A stretch of DNA of 56,113 nucleotides from a virus (lineage: Duplodnaviria > Caudoviricetes): positions 1 to 56,113 of the IMG/VR virus record IMGVR_UViG_3300016722_000161, one strand, 5' to 3'. Both the position numbers and the translations under genes were made by a program. Below are positions 37,952 to 47,308 of the stretch, one piece after another; position 1 is the first letter of the stretch, and each line of letters opens with the position of its first letter. Below the pieces are notes generated by a model that was not told where the DNA came from, searched no databases, and was given only the letters and a program-made list of their open reading frames with translations.

Positions 37952-38464
37952 TTATTGGAAGTCATTTAAGCATTTACGAAGCTTGTCCATGAGCTTGTTT
38001 TTCCGATAATTGAGCGTGGATTGCCGCACACCGAACTCAGCCGCAATTTCACGTTCGGTTTTTCCTTGGCGAATAAGCTCACAGATGCGGCGGCTGTCGG
38101 GGTCAAGTTCCTCCAGCGCCTTGAACAGTTCCTGAAGCATGAGCTTGTCCGCAATGATGTCCAGAATATTTGGCGCCGAGTCCTCAATGGTATCCAGCAA
38201 GGTCAACTTTGAACCTTCCTCACCTTCGTATTCGGCATCAAGCGACAATGAGTCACCCGCAGTGCGGTAACGACAGAGACCGCAGTCACCTTCGCACCGT
38301 CTCCAGTCCGTGCAACCGCACTGCCCATGCTTGCTGGCGTGGTAATGCGTCCTCCAAATTGGGCGGTAGTACTCCTGGTAAACATCCTCGTTGACCGGGA
38401 TGAGTTCACCGTTGAGTGGAATAAAATACTGCTTTTTTTGCTGTTGATTTTCTTGCTTTCTCAT
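37952..38464 (-). CDS. ECF-like sigma factor / sigma70 region-4 regulator with a Cys cluster
   Basis: C-terminal region-4 HTH (KTEREIAAEFGVRQSTLNYRKNK), SLSLD, N-terminal CGC..CEGDCGLC. Confidence 0.85.
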   Translation of the reverse strand: MRKQENQQQKKQYFIPLNGELIPVNEDVYQEYYRPIWRTHYHASKHGQCGCTDWRRCEGDCGLCRYRTAGDSLSLDAEYEGEEGSKLTLLDTIEDSAPNILDIIADKLMLQELFKALEELDPDSRRICELIRQGKTEREIAAEFGVRQSTLNYRKNKLMDKLRKCLNDFQ

Positions 38465-38467
38465 AGA

Positions 38468-38648
38468 TTGTCCTTTCCGCCTGTGCGGGGTCAAAGGACA
38501 ACACAAAAGGTTCTGCGGCGAGAAGTATGCAGACCCTGCAGCCTGAAAATGGGCGCAAAAGGTCAAGGGTACTCCTCATCGCTCACAGCCACTTGTGGTG
38601 ACAGTGTTGAACGATTTGTGTATCCTTTGCCCTTATTGCAAATCAGGC
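38468..38648 (-). ncRNA. Structured 5' leader of the sigma-like gene
   Basis: Long stem GCCTGA..AATAAGGGCAAAGG / CCTTTTGCGCCCATT..TCAGGC, a second hairpin, and TTGTCCTTT/AAAGGACAA covering the RBS. Confidence 0.55.
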
Positions 38649-38737
38649 ATTGAATGAATTTTAGGTGTGGTGGGCGCGCTTGCTCAGTACAGAAGTAACT
38701 TTCTTTGTGGATTTATAACTCGAATAGTGCAAGTGGA

Positions 38738-38766
38738 TTGATATTTACACCGTATTGTGATATAAT
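38738..38766 (+). promoter_or_regulatory. SigA-type promoter for the rightward regulator/defence operon
   Basis: TTGATA-17 nt-TATAAT with an extended -10 TG. Confidence 0.75.
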
Positions 38767-38825
38767 ACCTTTTAAATACCTGCGTTGTGGCTGTCGCAGT
38801 GCATCGCCCTTACCACCTGTTTTTA

Positions 38826-38892
38826 TGATACAGGGTCAAAATGGTACAAAAAATCCACCTGCGATGGTACAGGTGGTACAAAAGCTGGTACA
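38826..38892. repeat. TGGTACA direct repeats; candidate operators
   Basis: TGGTACA at 38842, 38865, 38874 and 38886, TGATACA at 38826; CCACCTG/CAGGTGG inverted pair. Confidence 0.65.
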
Positions 38893-38912
38893 TTGAAAGC
38901 GAGGCGATTTTT

Positions 38913-39740
38913 ATGAAACTATCTGAATATTTCAAGACTATTTATCCAGTTATGGATAATCAGAAAAATCAAGGCCTCTTTGTCACACGGTGCTTTCAAT
39001 CTGCCGGAAGCAATCACTTTACTCTTTCGTCATGGAAGCAAACGAGCAGCGATTTGGAAACACAACGAATGCTTTATAAAGGAAACCGTAAACTCACAGC
39101 AGATATGAGAGCAAGCTTTCCACTCCCAATTGACAGCTCGGGTTTATCAGTATTTTTTTCAAAAAACATAAGCGGAAACAATTTGCGCAAGGCAATGACC
39201 GCATTTGCTATTCCGCCTACGGCGGAAGAAAGTAATAAAACCTTTGCAAAAGCACTATCATCGCAATTTGTATTATTCGTTACAAGCGAAGCTGACGATG
39301 TGGACGACATTGTTGCTATGGAGTATCAGCGTTACTTATCAGAGCCGGATGATGAGCCAGTGCCACAATTCACGCCGCTTTATCCAAACGACAGCGCGTA
39401 TGTGTCATTTCAGCCGCAAAGGACATATTCCACCACGGCGCATGGCAAGTTCCAGCACACTTGGGTGATTCAAAACGATGGCAAGCAGACATGGCGTGGT
39501 CGAAAGCTCGTTTTTTCAAACCGCACGGAAGTTCGTCCGCGAGCAGATACGAACATCCTTGATATTCCCGACACTCCTCCGGGCGAAAGCATAAAAATAA
39601 CCACAGGCTTTAATGCCCGTGGTTTTGAGGGAAGCTGGGATTGCATATGGGAAATGCACGACAGCGACGGAAACAACTGCTTTTCTAATAACAAGAAGAT
39701 GTTTTGCATCACCGTAAATGCAAAATTCGAAAGCAAATAA
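38913..39740 (+). CDS. Repressor-position protein with C-terminal NBR1-type Ig-like (FW) domain
   Basis: FQHTWVIQNDGKQTW...IPDTPPGESIKIT..F.A...EG.W...WEM.D.DG..CF pattern; divergent from the lytic regulator. Confidence 0.7.
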   Translation: MKLSEYFKTIYPVMDNQKNQGLFVTRCFQSAGSNHFTLSSWKQTSSDLETQRMLYKGNRKLTADMRASFPLPIDSSGLSVFFSKNISGNNLRKAMTAFAIPPTAEESNKTFAKALSSQFVLFVTSEADDVDDIVAMEYQRYLSEPDDEPVPQFTPLYPNDSAYVSFQPQRTYSTTAHGKFQHTWVIQNDGKQTWRGRKLVFSNRTEVRPRADTNILDIPDTPPGESIKITTGFNARGFEGSWDCIWEMHDSDGNNCFSNNKKMFCITVNAKFESK

Positions 39741-39767
39741 CATTACAAGATATATGGAGGTTCATAC

Positions 39768-39989
39768 ATGAGCGACAAAAGCATTGAAAAATGGTCTACA
39801 TTAAAAGAGGTGCAGGCGTATCTTGGCGTTGGCCGGGAAACCATTTTACAGTGGATTGCCAAAAGAAATATGCCTGCATATAAAGTTGGTAGACTGTGGA
39901 AATTCAAGCTTTCCGAGTTGGACGACTGGATTCGTTCTGGCGGAGCTGATGACAGAACTACCGAAAAGGACGATGACACCGCAGAGTAA
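39768..39989 (+). CDS. Excisionase-like HTH (MerR/HTH_17) protein
   Basis: KWSTLKEVQAYLGVGRETILQWI...PAYKVGRLWKFKLSELDDW. Confidence 0.88.
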   Translation: MSDKSIEKWSTLKEVQAYLGVGRETILQWIAKRNMPAYKVGRLWKFKLSELDDWIRSGGADDRTTEKDDDTAE

Positions 39990-40078
39990 AGTCCGTTTTT
40001 AGGTACACACGATAACGTAGAATTATAGTGGGCAAATGGCGACAAACTTACCTTTCTGCCCAGAAACGAGGAAAATAT

Positions 40079-41638
40079 ATGGCTAAAGCAGCAAATTTAA
40101 AAGAGGTATCTCTTGAATCTATAATGTGGAACTGCCGCAATGCCCTTCGTGGTACGGTTGGCGGCACCGAAAAGAACCGCGACGCCGTCATGGGTTTGGT
40201 ATTTCTGAAATTCGCTGGTGATAAATTTGAAAAGCGCCGTGCGGAGCTTATGGAGGAATATGGCGATGTTCCAGCGTTCCTTGAAAAGGACTCCTTCTAT
40301 CGCAGCGCCAATGTGTTCTATATCAATGAAACCGCAAGGTGGTCTTACCTTGTAAAACACGCCAGCGCGGACGATATTGCTGTCATAATCGATAAGGCAA
40401 TGGCTGATGTCGAGGACAGAAACCCTCCACTCAAGGGCGCGTTGCCGCAGAACTTCTATTCTACGCTCGGAACACGTAAGGAGCAAATTAAAGGGCTGAT
40501 TGATGAAATCAACAAAATCGATGAGAGCCGCTTTCATGAAAAAGACCTCATAGGTCGCGTGTATGAATACTTCCTACAGGTGTTCGCCATCGATTCTGGC
40601 ACAGGCACTGAGAAGGGCGAGTTTTATACTCCAGCAAGCATCGTCAACCTGATTGCGGAACTGATCGAGCCGTACACTGGCGTTGTGTACGACCCATGCT
40701 GCGGCTCCGGCGGGATGTTTGTGCAGTCAATTAAGTTTGTGGAACGGCATAATGGCAACAGAATGAAAATCTCTGTTGTTGGTCAAGAGTCGAACCCAGA
40801 CACTTGGCGGCTCGCAAAAATGAACCTTGCGATTCGAGGTATATCCCATAACCTTGGTGATCGAGCTACCTCTACATTCACAGATGACCGTCACAAGGAT
40901 ACAAAGGTGGATTTCATCATGGCGAATCCGCCCTTCAACCTTAAAAAATGGCGTGGCGAGGATGAGCTGACCGATGATTACCGTTTCAAAGGTTATGAAA
41001 TTCCGCCTGTGGCGAACGGAAACTATGCGTGGATTTTACATATGCTCTCCAAGCTCGATGTTACGAACGGTATCGCGGGATTTTTGCTTGCCAATGGTGC
41101 GTTGAATACGGGCGGTGAAGAATACAAAATTCGCAAACAACTCATTGAAAACCGTAAAGTCGAAGCCATCTTCGTATTGCCACGAGATATGTTCTATTCC
41201 ACTCCTATTTCGGTAACGCTGTGGATTGTTAACAACAACAAAACCGCACGGACACTAAACGGACGTAGCCTGCGTGACCGCCGCGATGAAGTCTTGTTTG
41301 TTGACCTGAGACGATGGAATACCGCCATTTATGAAAAGAAGTATGTTATGTTCAGCGATGACGAAATCGCTGCTATTAAAAAGATATATACCGACTGGCA
41401 GAGCGCAGACACTACCTCCTATACTGATGTGCCGGAACTATGCAAATCCGCGACGATTGATGAAATTCGTGCACAGAACTATTCGCTTGCACCCAGTAAG
41501 TATATTGAGTTTATCGACCATGATTTAGACATTGATACAAAAGAACACATGGGCTGGATTATGAGTGAAATACAAACAGCTCTTGCAGAAGAACGAGAAA
41601 CAGTAAAGCTTTTAGAACTTGCCGCGAAGGAGGTTTAA
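40079..41638 (+). CDS. hsdM: Type I RM modification subunit
   Basis: GEFYTP, YDPCCGSGGMF, ANPPFN. Confidence 0.95.
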   Translation: MAKAANLKEVSLESIMWNCRNALRGTVGGTEKNRDAVMGLVFLKFAGDKFEKRRAELMEEYGDVPAFLEKDSFYRSANVFYINETARWSYLVKHASADDIAVIIDKAMADVEDRNPPLKGALPQNFYSTLGTRKEQIKGLIDEINKIDESRFHEKDLIGRVYEYFLQVFAIDSGTGTEKGEFYTPASIVNLIAELIEPYTGVVYDPCCGSGGMFVQSIKFVERHNGNRMKISVVGQESNPDTWRLAKMNLAIRGISHNLGDRATSTFTDDRHKDTKVDFIMANPPFNLKKWRGEDELTDDYRFKGYEIPPVANGNYAWILHMLSKLDVTNGIAGFLLANGALNTGGEEYKIRKQLIENRKVEAIFVLPRDMFYSTPISVTLWIVNNNKTARTLNGRSLRDRRDEVLFVDLRRWNTAIYEKKYVMFSDDEIAAIKKIYTDWQSADTTSYTDVPELCKSATIDEIRAQNYSLAPSKYIEFIDHDLDIDTKEHMGWIMSEIQTALAEERETVKLLELAAKEV

Positions 41639-41642
41639 TGCC

Positions 41643-42200
41643 GTGTTAATCAAACGAAGAGTAGACCAGTTAATTAGTTTTGTCGATGAACGCAATAGCG
41701 GCGGTTCAATCACAGAATTCTGTGGAATTAACATCCAAAAAGAATTTATGCCAACTGTTGCAAATACAGAAGGAATCGACTCGCGAAAATACAAAATTGT
41801 TTGCGCCAATAGATTCGTTTTTAGTGGTATGCAGACAGGGCGCGATGAATGCATCCGAATCGGATTATATAAAGGTCACAAACCGATTATCGTTTCTCCT
41901 GCCTATACAACATTTGAAATTGCTGCTTCTAATGAGGTTCTGCCAGATTACTTCTTCATGCTGTTCCTAAGAAAAGAAATGGATAGGTATGGTTGGTTCA
42001 TTAGTGATAGCAGCATCCGCGCAAATCTCGATTTAGATAGGTTTGGGGAAATTACATTTGACCTTCCCTCAATAGAAATACAACAGAAGTATGTAAATAT
42101 ATATGCAGCCTTAATGCGTGTTGCAAAGTTAAAGGCACAGGTGAAAGACATTTGTCCCATTCTGATAAAAAGTTCGCTCGAAGAAGCAACGGGCGTGTGA
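41643..42200 (+). CDS. hsdS: Type I RM specificity subunit, half size (single TRD)
   Basis: GTG start after AAGGAGGT; VSPAY..F, LPSIEIQQKYV; about 185 aa. Confidence 0.8.
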   Translation: MLIKRRVDQLISFVDERNSGGSITEFCGINIQKEFMPTVANTEGIDSRKYKIVCANRFVFSGMQTGRDECIRIGLYKGHKPIIVSPAYTTFEIAASNEVLPDYFFMLFLRKEMDRYGWFISDSSIRANLDLDRFGEITFDLPSIEIQQKYVNIYAALMRVAKLKAQVKDICPILIKSSLEEATGV

Positions 42201-42214
42201 GAGGAGGCACGGCA

Positions 42215-43180
42215 ATGAGCTATTATACAGAACGACATGGTCTCCGAACACCGATTGAGCGCACAGAAACCATATCTTTTGAAATGTATTCATTGTTATA
42301 TGACTGCTGTGCAAGGTTTTTTGACAACGTGGCTTGGCAATACCCTGACGAATGCCCTGATGGAAATGGCTGTTGCGGGCTGGATTTAGGTAAACTTAGC
42401 ACAGCTATGTCATTTGAAATTCCTACGCTTTTCCGAAATCAAAACGGTATTATCGATAAGCCTCATAAGGGCAGTTGGAACTATGATGATGATAATTTTG
42501 ATCAGTATGGATTGCTGGATTTTATCGAGTTTATGTATTCCAACTGCAAAGATATATCCAGCCGATGGTGGCATTCATTCCATAGACATTACGACATTAG
42601 TTTCGACAACACTCGCGCATCAGCCAACGAATTTAAGTCCGCTATCAACGGAATTTTCGAGAAGACGGGTCTGCTATATACATTAACTGACCAGGGTATG
42701 GTTGAGCGCATAGTTGAAAACGGAGTTTTGTCAAAAGGAATCGAAGCGACGGTATTACAAGTCAAGGAAAAAGGACTGAAAGAACTATTAGATGATGCAA
42801 TATTGGCTTATAAAACACCTCACCCGGCCGCGAGGAAAGATGCAGTTGAGAAAATATGGGATGCTCTGGAGCGTCTGAAAAGTTACTATGCTACATCAAA
42901 GAAGGATAAAACTGTTTCAATAAGCACTATTGTTGCAGCGATATCGGGTGGCGATGACTATTTTCGGACGTTGTTTGATAACGAATTTCGAGTGCTTTCC
43001 GATATTGGTAACAGTTGCTTTATAAGGCATTCCGAAGTATACCAAAATCAAATCGAGGATAATCGATACTATGATTACTTTTTCAATCGATGCTTGTCGT
43101 TGATTGCACTGACGATTCAATACTTGCGAACAACCGGAACTGATGATGCTGGAGGTGAAACAGATGGATTACCTTTTTGA
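42215..43180 (+). CDS. AbiJ-like abortive infection protein (NTD4-like plus HEPN-like C-terminus)
   Basis: YYTERHG N-terminus; DAVEKIWDALERLKSYY and IGN..FIRH.E C-terminal motifs. Confidence 0.7.
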   Translation: MSYYTERHGLRTPIERTETISFEMYSLLYDCCARFFDNVAWQYPDECPDGNGCCGLDLGKLSTAMSFEIPTLFRNQNGIIDKPHKGSWNYDDDNFDQYGLLDFIEFMYSNCKDISSRWWHSFHRHYDISFDNTRASANEFKSAINGIFEKTGLLYTLTDQGMVERIVENGVLSKGIEATVLQVKEKGLKELLDDAILAYKTPHPAARKDAVEKIWDALERLKSYYATSKKDKTVSISTIVAAISGGDDYFRTLFDNEFRVLSDIGNSCFIRHSEVYQNQIEDNRYYDYFFNRCLSLIALTIQYLRTTGTDDAGGETDGLPF

Positions 43181-46100
43181 AAAAGGAAAATTTACGGAGG
43201 AAGAACTCGAAAATGCGATAATCGTGCTTTTCGAAGCGCAGGGCTATACCTATGTCCACGGCGATAGCATCCACCGCCAGTTTGAGGACATTCTGCTGGA
43301 GAACGATTTGCGCTCCTTCATTGCGGCGCGATATGCTGCAGAAACCCTAACAGAAAACGAAACGCAGAAAATCATCAGCCGTTTGAGTCTTATTCCCTCC
43401 ACGCCGCTTTACGACGGAAACCGTGAGGCGTTTTGGCTTATTAACGAAGGATTTGACCTTACCCGCGACGAGCCGGGCAAACTTGCCCTGCACGTCAACT
43501 ATATCGATTTTGATACGCCGGAGAACAACGAATTCAAAGTGATAAACCAGTATTCGGTTCAAGGTGAGCGTTTGCGCCGCCCGGATGTTATTCTGTTTAT
43601 CAACGGCATTCCAATAGCGATTTTTGAGTTCAAAACAGCCATCGCGGAAGACAAAACCACACATGATGCTTGGGAGCAAATAACCATTCGCTATTGCCGC
43701 GATATACCGAAACTGATGAAGTACTGCTTCATTTCTGTTGTCAGCGATGGTGCGAACACCAAAATGGGCAGCATCTTCACACCATATGAATACTATTATG
43801 CTTGGAATAAGGCAAACGATGAAGACAAGGTATCAAACGGAATCAGTTCCTTACTGACGATGATAGAGGGTGCTTTTGCGAAAGACCGTGTCATGAGAGT
43901 CTTACGCGATTTTGTGTACTATCCTGATGACAGCAAAAAAAGCGAAGCCATTGTGACGCGCTATCCGCAGTTTTTCGCCGCCAATAAAATGCTTGATAAT
44001 ATAAAAGTTCATATGCGCCCGGCGGGTGACGGAAAAGGCGGTACATATTTTGGTGCCACAGGCTGCGGAAAAACATATACGATGCTTTTCCTGTCGAGGC
44101 TGCTTGTACTCCGCGATCGCGAATCTTTTAATAACCCCACCATTATTGTAATCGCGGATCGCGAGGATTTGGATACACAGACTTCCGAGTTGTTTGTTGC
44201 CGCAAAGCGGTATCTTCACGAAAGTGACGTGCGGAGCATCGAAACCCGCAAAGATCTGAGTGAAACGCTGAATGGTAAGCCCAGCGGCGGCGTTTATATT
44301 ACGACTATTCAAAAATTCTGCGAAAATACAGGGTTGCTATCTGACCGCAGCAATATCATCTGCATTTCGGATGAAGCACACCGAACACAGACCAGTGTCG
44401 GCGCTAAATTAAAAAAGACCGAAAAAGGTGTGTTCACTGTTTTTGGCTTTGCAAAGTATCTGCGCGACAGTTTTCCGAATGCTACATACTGCGGCTTTAC
44501 AGGAACACCGATAGATGAAACCATCGCAGTGTTCGGCGACGTGGTGGACAGCTATACAATGAAGGAATCCAGCGATGACGGAATCACTGTTCGTATCGCT
44601 TATGAGCCGCGCTTGGCGCGTGTTATCCTGTCCGACGAGCAGGCAAAGGAAATCAAGAAATACTATGATAAATGCACCGATGACGGTGCAAACCCGGAGC
44701 AGGTCGAGGAAAGCAAACGTGCCATGAGTGAAATGCGCCGTATCCTTGGTCACCCGGATAGATTGAAACGACTGGCGGCTGATATGGTCGTCCACTATGA
44801 TGCGTTGTGCGCACAAAAACCAGAGGTTGTTCAAAAGGCAATGATTGTGTGCGCTGACAGGAAACTTGCGTTTAGCCTGCTCAACGAGATTATTGCAATT
44901 CGCCCCGATTGGGGTGTACCTCGCAAAGCCGAAAATGAAGCCGAGTTTACCGACGAGCAGTTGGATAAGCTGATTCCACTTCCCAAAATCAACCTTGTAG
45001 CCACGCAGGGTGATAACGATGAGAAAGCGTTGCACGACCTCTGCGGCACGAAGGAATATCGCCAGAAGCTGGATAAGCAATTCAAGAACAACAATTCTAA
45101 TTTCAAAATTGCGATTGTTGTAGATATGTGGATTACGGGCTTCGATGTTCCGTCGCTGGCTGTCATGTATATCGATAAGCCACTTCAGAAGCACACTCTG
45201 ATACAGACGATTTCCCGTGTCAATCGTGTGTTCGAGGGCAAGGACAAAGGCTTGGTCGTCGATTATATTGGCATCAAGGAAGATATGCTCGAAGCCGTGA
45301 AAAAATACGGCAGTCCGCAGGAAAGCCCGATTGACGAACTGAATATCTCTCTTGCGGTTTTCCGCAATCATTTGGCGCTCATCGACGAACTTTTAAACGG
45401 CTTCAATGCCACCAAGTTCTATTGTGGCAAGCCACTGGAACGGCTGCTCTGTCTTGATATGGCTGCCGAATACGTTCAAACAAGCAAAGAAATGGAAACA
45501 CGCTTCATGGGACTTTCGCGCAAGCTGAAAGCAGCCTATGAAATCTGCTTTCCATCCGGTGAGTTGACCGATGCGGAAACATCCAAGTCTCAGTTCTATC
45601 TTGCCGTACGTTCTATCATCTATAAGCAAACAAAGGGCGATGCGCCTGACGCAGAAGTGATGAATCGCGTCGTTGAAGAAATGGTGAAAAAGGCTATTAC
45701 CTGTACCGGCATAGAAAATATTGTAAATGCTGATAAGCCGGAAGATTTGTTTGGCGATGAATTCATGAAGCAGTTGGATGCGATTAATTTGCCGATTTCC
45801 AAGTTTAACGCGTTACTGAAATTGCTTCGCAAAGCCATCTCCGGCTATGGAAAGACAAACAAGGTAAAAGCAATCGAATTTGATGCCCGACTGAAAAAAG
45901 TCATTGATACTTATAACAACCGCGATAAGCTCGTTTTCACGAGCGAGGTGGTGGCGGACTTTGTTGATGGGCTGTCAGACGAGCTGATTAAAATATTCAC
46001 TGACCTACAAGCAGACAAAACCTCTTTTGAAAAGCTCGGCATATCATACGAGGAAAAGGCGTTTTATGACATTCTCATCAAGGTGCGCGATGACCACGGC

Positions 46101-46328
46101 TTTCCATATCCTGATGAAAAATGCCTTGTCCTTGCCAAGAAAATCAAGGGGCTTGTGGACGATAAAGCGCAGTTCGCTGACTGGTCTACCCGTGATGACA
46201 TCAAAAACCAACTTAATATGGATTTGACGATACTACTCTATAAGAACGGGTATCCGCCTGAGTGGGATGAGGAAGTATTCGATAAGGTTATGGAGCAGGC
46301 AGAAAACTTCAAAAAATATAACGATTGA
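43164..46328 (+). CDS. hsdR: Type I RM restriction subunit
   Basis: RPDVILFINGIPIAIFEFK nuclease, ATGCGKT, DEAH, FTGTP, QTISRVNR. Confidence 0.95.
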   Translation: MDYLFEKGKFTEEELENAIIVLFEAQGYTYVHGDSIHRQFEDILLENDLRSFIAARYAAETLTENETQKIISRLSLIPSTPLYDGNREAFWLINEGFDLTRDEPGKLALHVNYIDFDTPENNEFKVINQYSVQGERLRRPDVILFINGIPIAIFEFKTAIAEDKTTHDAWEQITIRYCRDIPKLMKYCFISVVSDGANTKMGSIFTPYEYYYAWNKANDEDKVSNGISSLLTMIEGAFAKDRVMRVLRDFVYYPDDSKKSEAIVTRYPQFFAANKMLDNIKVHMRPAGDGKGGTYFGATGCGKTYTMLFLSRLLVLRDRESFNNPTIIVIADREDLDTQTSELFVAAKRYLHESDVRSIETRKDLSETLNGKPSGGVYITTIQKFCENTGLLSDRSNIICISDEAHRTQTSVGAKLKKTEKGVFTVFGFAKYLRDSFPNATYCGFTGTPIDETIAVFGDVVDSYTMKESSDDGITVRIAYEPRLARVILSDEQAKEIKKYYDKCTDDGANPEQVEESKRAMSEMRRILGHPDRLKRLAADMVVHYDALCAQKPEVVQKAMIVCADRKLAFSLLNEIIAIRPDWGVPRKAENEAEFTDEQLDKLIPLPKINLVATQGDNDEKALHDLCGTKEYRQKLDKQFKNNNSNFKIAIVVDMWITGFDVPSLAVMYIDKPLQKHTLIQTISRVNRVFEGKDKGLVVDYIGIKEDMLEAVKKYGSPQESPIDELNISLAVFRNHLALIDELLNGFNATKFYCGKPLERLLCLDMAAEYVQTSKEMETRFMGLSRKLKAAYEICFPSGELTDAETSKSQFYLAVRSIIYKQTKGDAPDAEVMNRVVEEMVKKAITCTGIENIVNADKPEDLFGDEFMKQLDAINLPISKFNALLKLLRKAISGYGKTNKVKAIEFDARLKKVIDTYNNRDKLVFTSEVVADFVDGLSDELIKIFTDLQADKTSFEKLGISYEEKAFYDILIKVRDDHGFPYPDEKCLVLAKKIKGLVDDKAQFADWSTRDDIKNQLNMDLTILLYKNGYPPEWDEEVFDKVMEQAENFKKYND

Positions 46329-46375
46329 CAATCAATAATAACGAGGAGAAAGCCATGTGCTGTTAGGAGGAAAAC

Positions 46376-47308
46376 ATGACGCCATTGACAAAAACGATAA
46401 AAGGCAATACGTTCGATGAGGTTTTCACCGAGGTCGCTCACACAGAGAGTCTTGGTTTGAGAAACCCAGAACAACTGCGCCTTTTTCACCTTGATGTGCT
46501 TAATAACAAATTTTCCTCCAGCGAATTGCAGAAATTGTTGATGCGAAATATCGGACGCTATGTCTTCTCCCGCGCAAAACTGGAGAAATTCCGCATTGAT
46601 GATAATATTGACATAATTTCCTCTCAAGCACTACGAATCTTGCAAAAAAGTGGCGGCGCAGATTTAAAAGGCACCGGCAGTGAACTTGGTGAGATGTTGG
46701 TGTATGCCTTTTTGGAAGAAAAGCTCCAGGCACCGAAACTCATGAGCCGTGTCGAACTGGCAAACGACGCTATGCAGTATGGCAGCGGATGCGACAGCAT
46801 CCACTTACTTGAAGTGGATGGGACGGATGCTGTTCCATGTTACCAACTGGTATTCGGCGCATCTGACATTGTAGGAGATATGAAAGATGCAATTGACTGC
46901 GTCTTTGAAAGTATTCTAAGAATTGGGCAGAGCGAAGCCAATGAAATACAAATGGTCGAGAACACGGTGCTTTCAAGATTATTCGAAGCAGATGAAATTG
47001 AGCGAATCACTAAAATCTTGATTCCAAGCCCCGGTAAGAAAAGTACCTGTGATACCGCTTTCGGCGTGTTCCTTGGATACACCCTCGGTCTTGACCCATC
47101 CAGCTACTCCGCCGTTGAATTCCGAAAAGTGTTAACGCAAAAAATGGAGCGCGACATACAGGAACACGCTGCTTACATAGCTAAAAAAATACGGGACAAC
47201 CATCTGGATACTCATTCCTTTTATTTTTACATTTTGCCCTTCAATGACGCAGAAACTGAGAAAAAGGAAATTATGGGGAATGTGCTGAAGGGAGATGTCG
47301 GCTTATGA
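46376..47308 (+). CDS. hamA: Hachiman HamA (DUF1837)
   Basis: GSELGEMLVYAFLE..L.APKL.S, DSIHL, FYFYILPFND; coupled to an SF2 helicase. Confidence 0.85.
   Translation: MTPLTKTIKGNTFDEVFTEVAHTESLGLRNPEQLRLFHLDVLNNKFSSSELQKLLMRNIGRYVFSRAKLEKFRIDDNIDIISSQALRILQKSGGADLKGTGSELGEMLVYAFLEEKLQAPKLMSRVELANDAMQYGSGCDSIHLLEVDGTDAVPCYQLVFGASDIVGDMKDAIDCVFESILRIGQSEANEIQMVENTVLSRLFEADEIERITKILIPSPGKKSTCDTAFGVFLGYTLGLDPSSYSAVEFRKVLTQKMERDIQEHAAYIAKKIRDNHLDTHSFYFYILPFNDAETEKKEIMGNVLKGDVGL

Noticed and set aside
38465-38912. Upstream extensions of ORFs 37952-38566 and 38841-39740, and small ORFs in this gap
   Set aside because: Better RBS-linked starts exist at 38464 and 38913; the gap is explained by the leader, promoter and repeats
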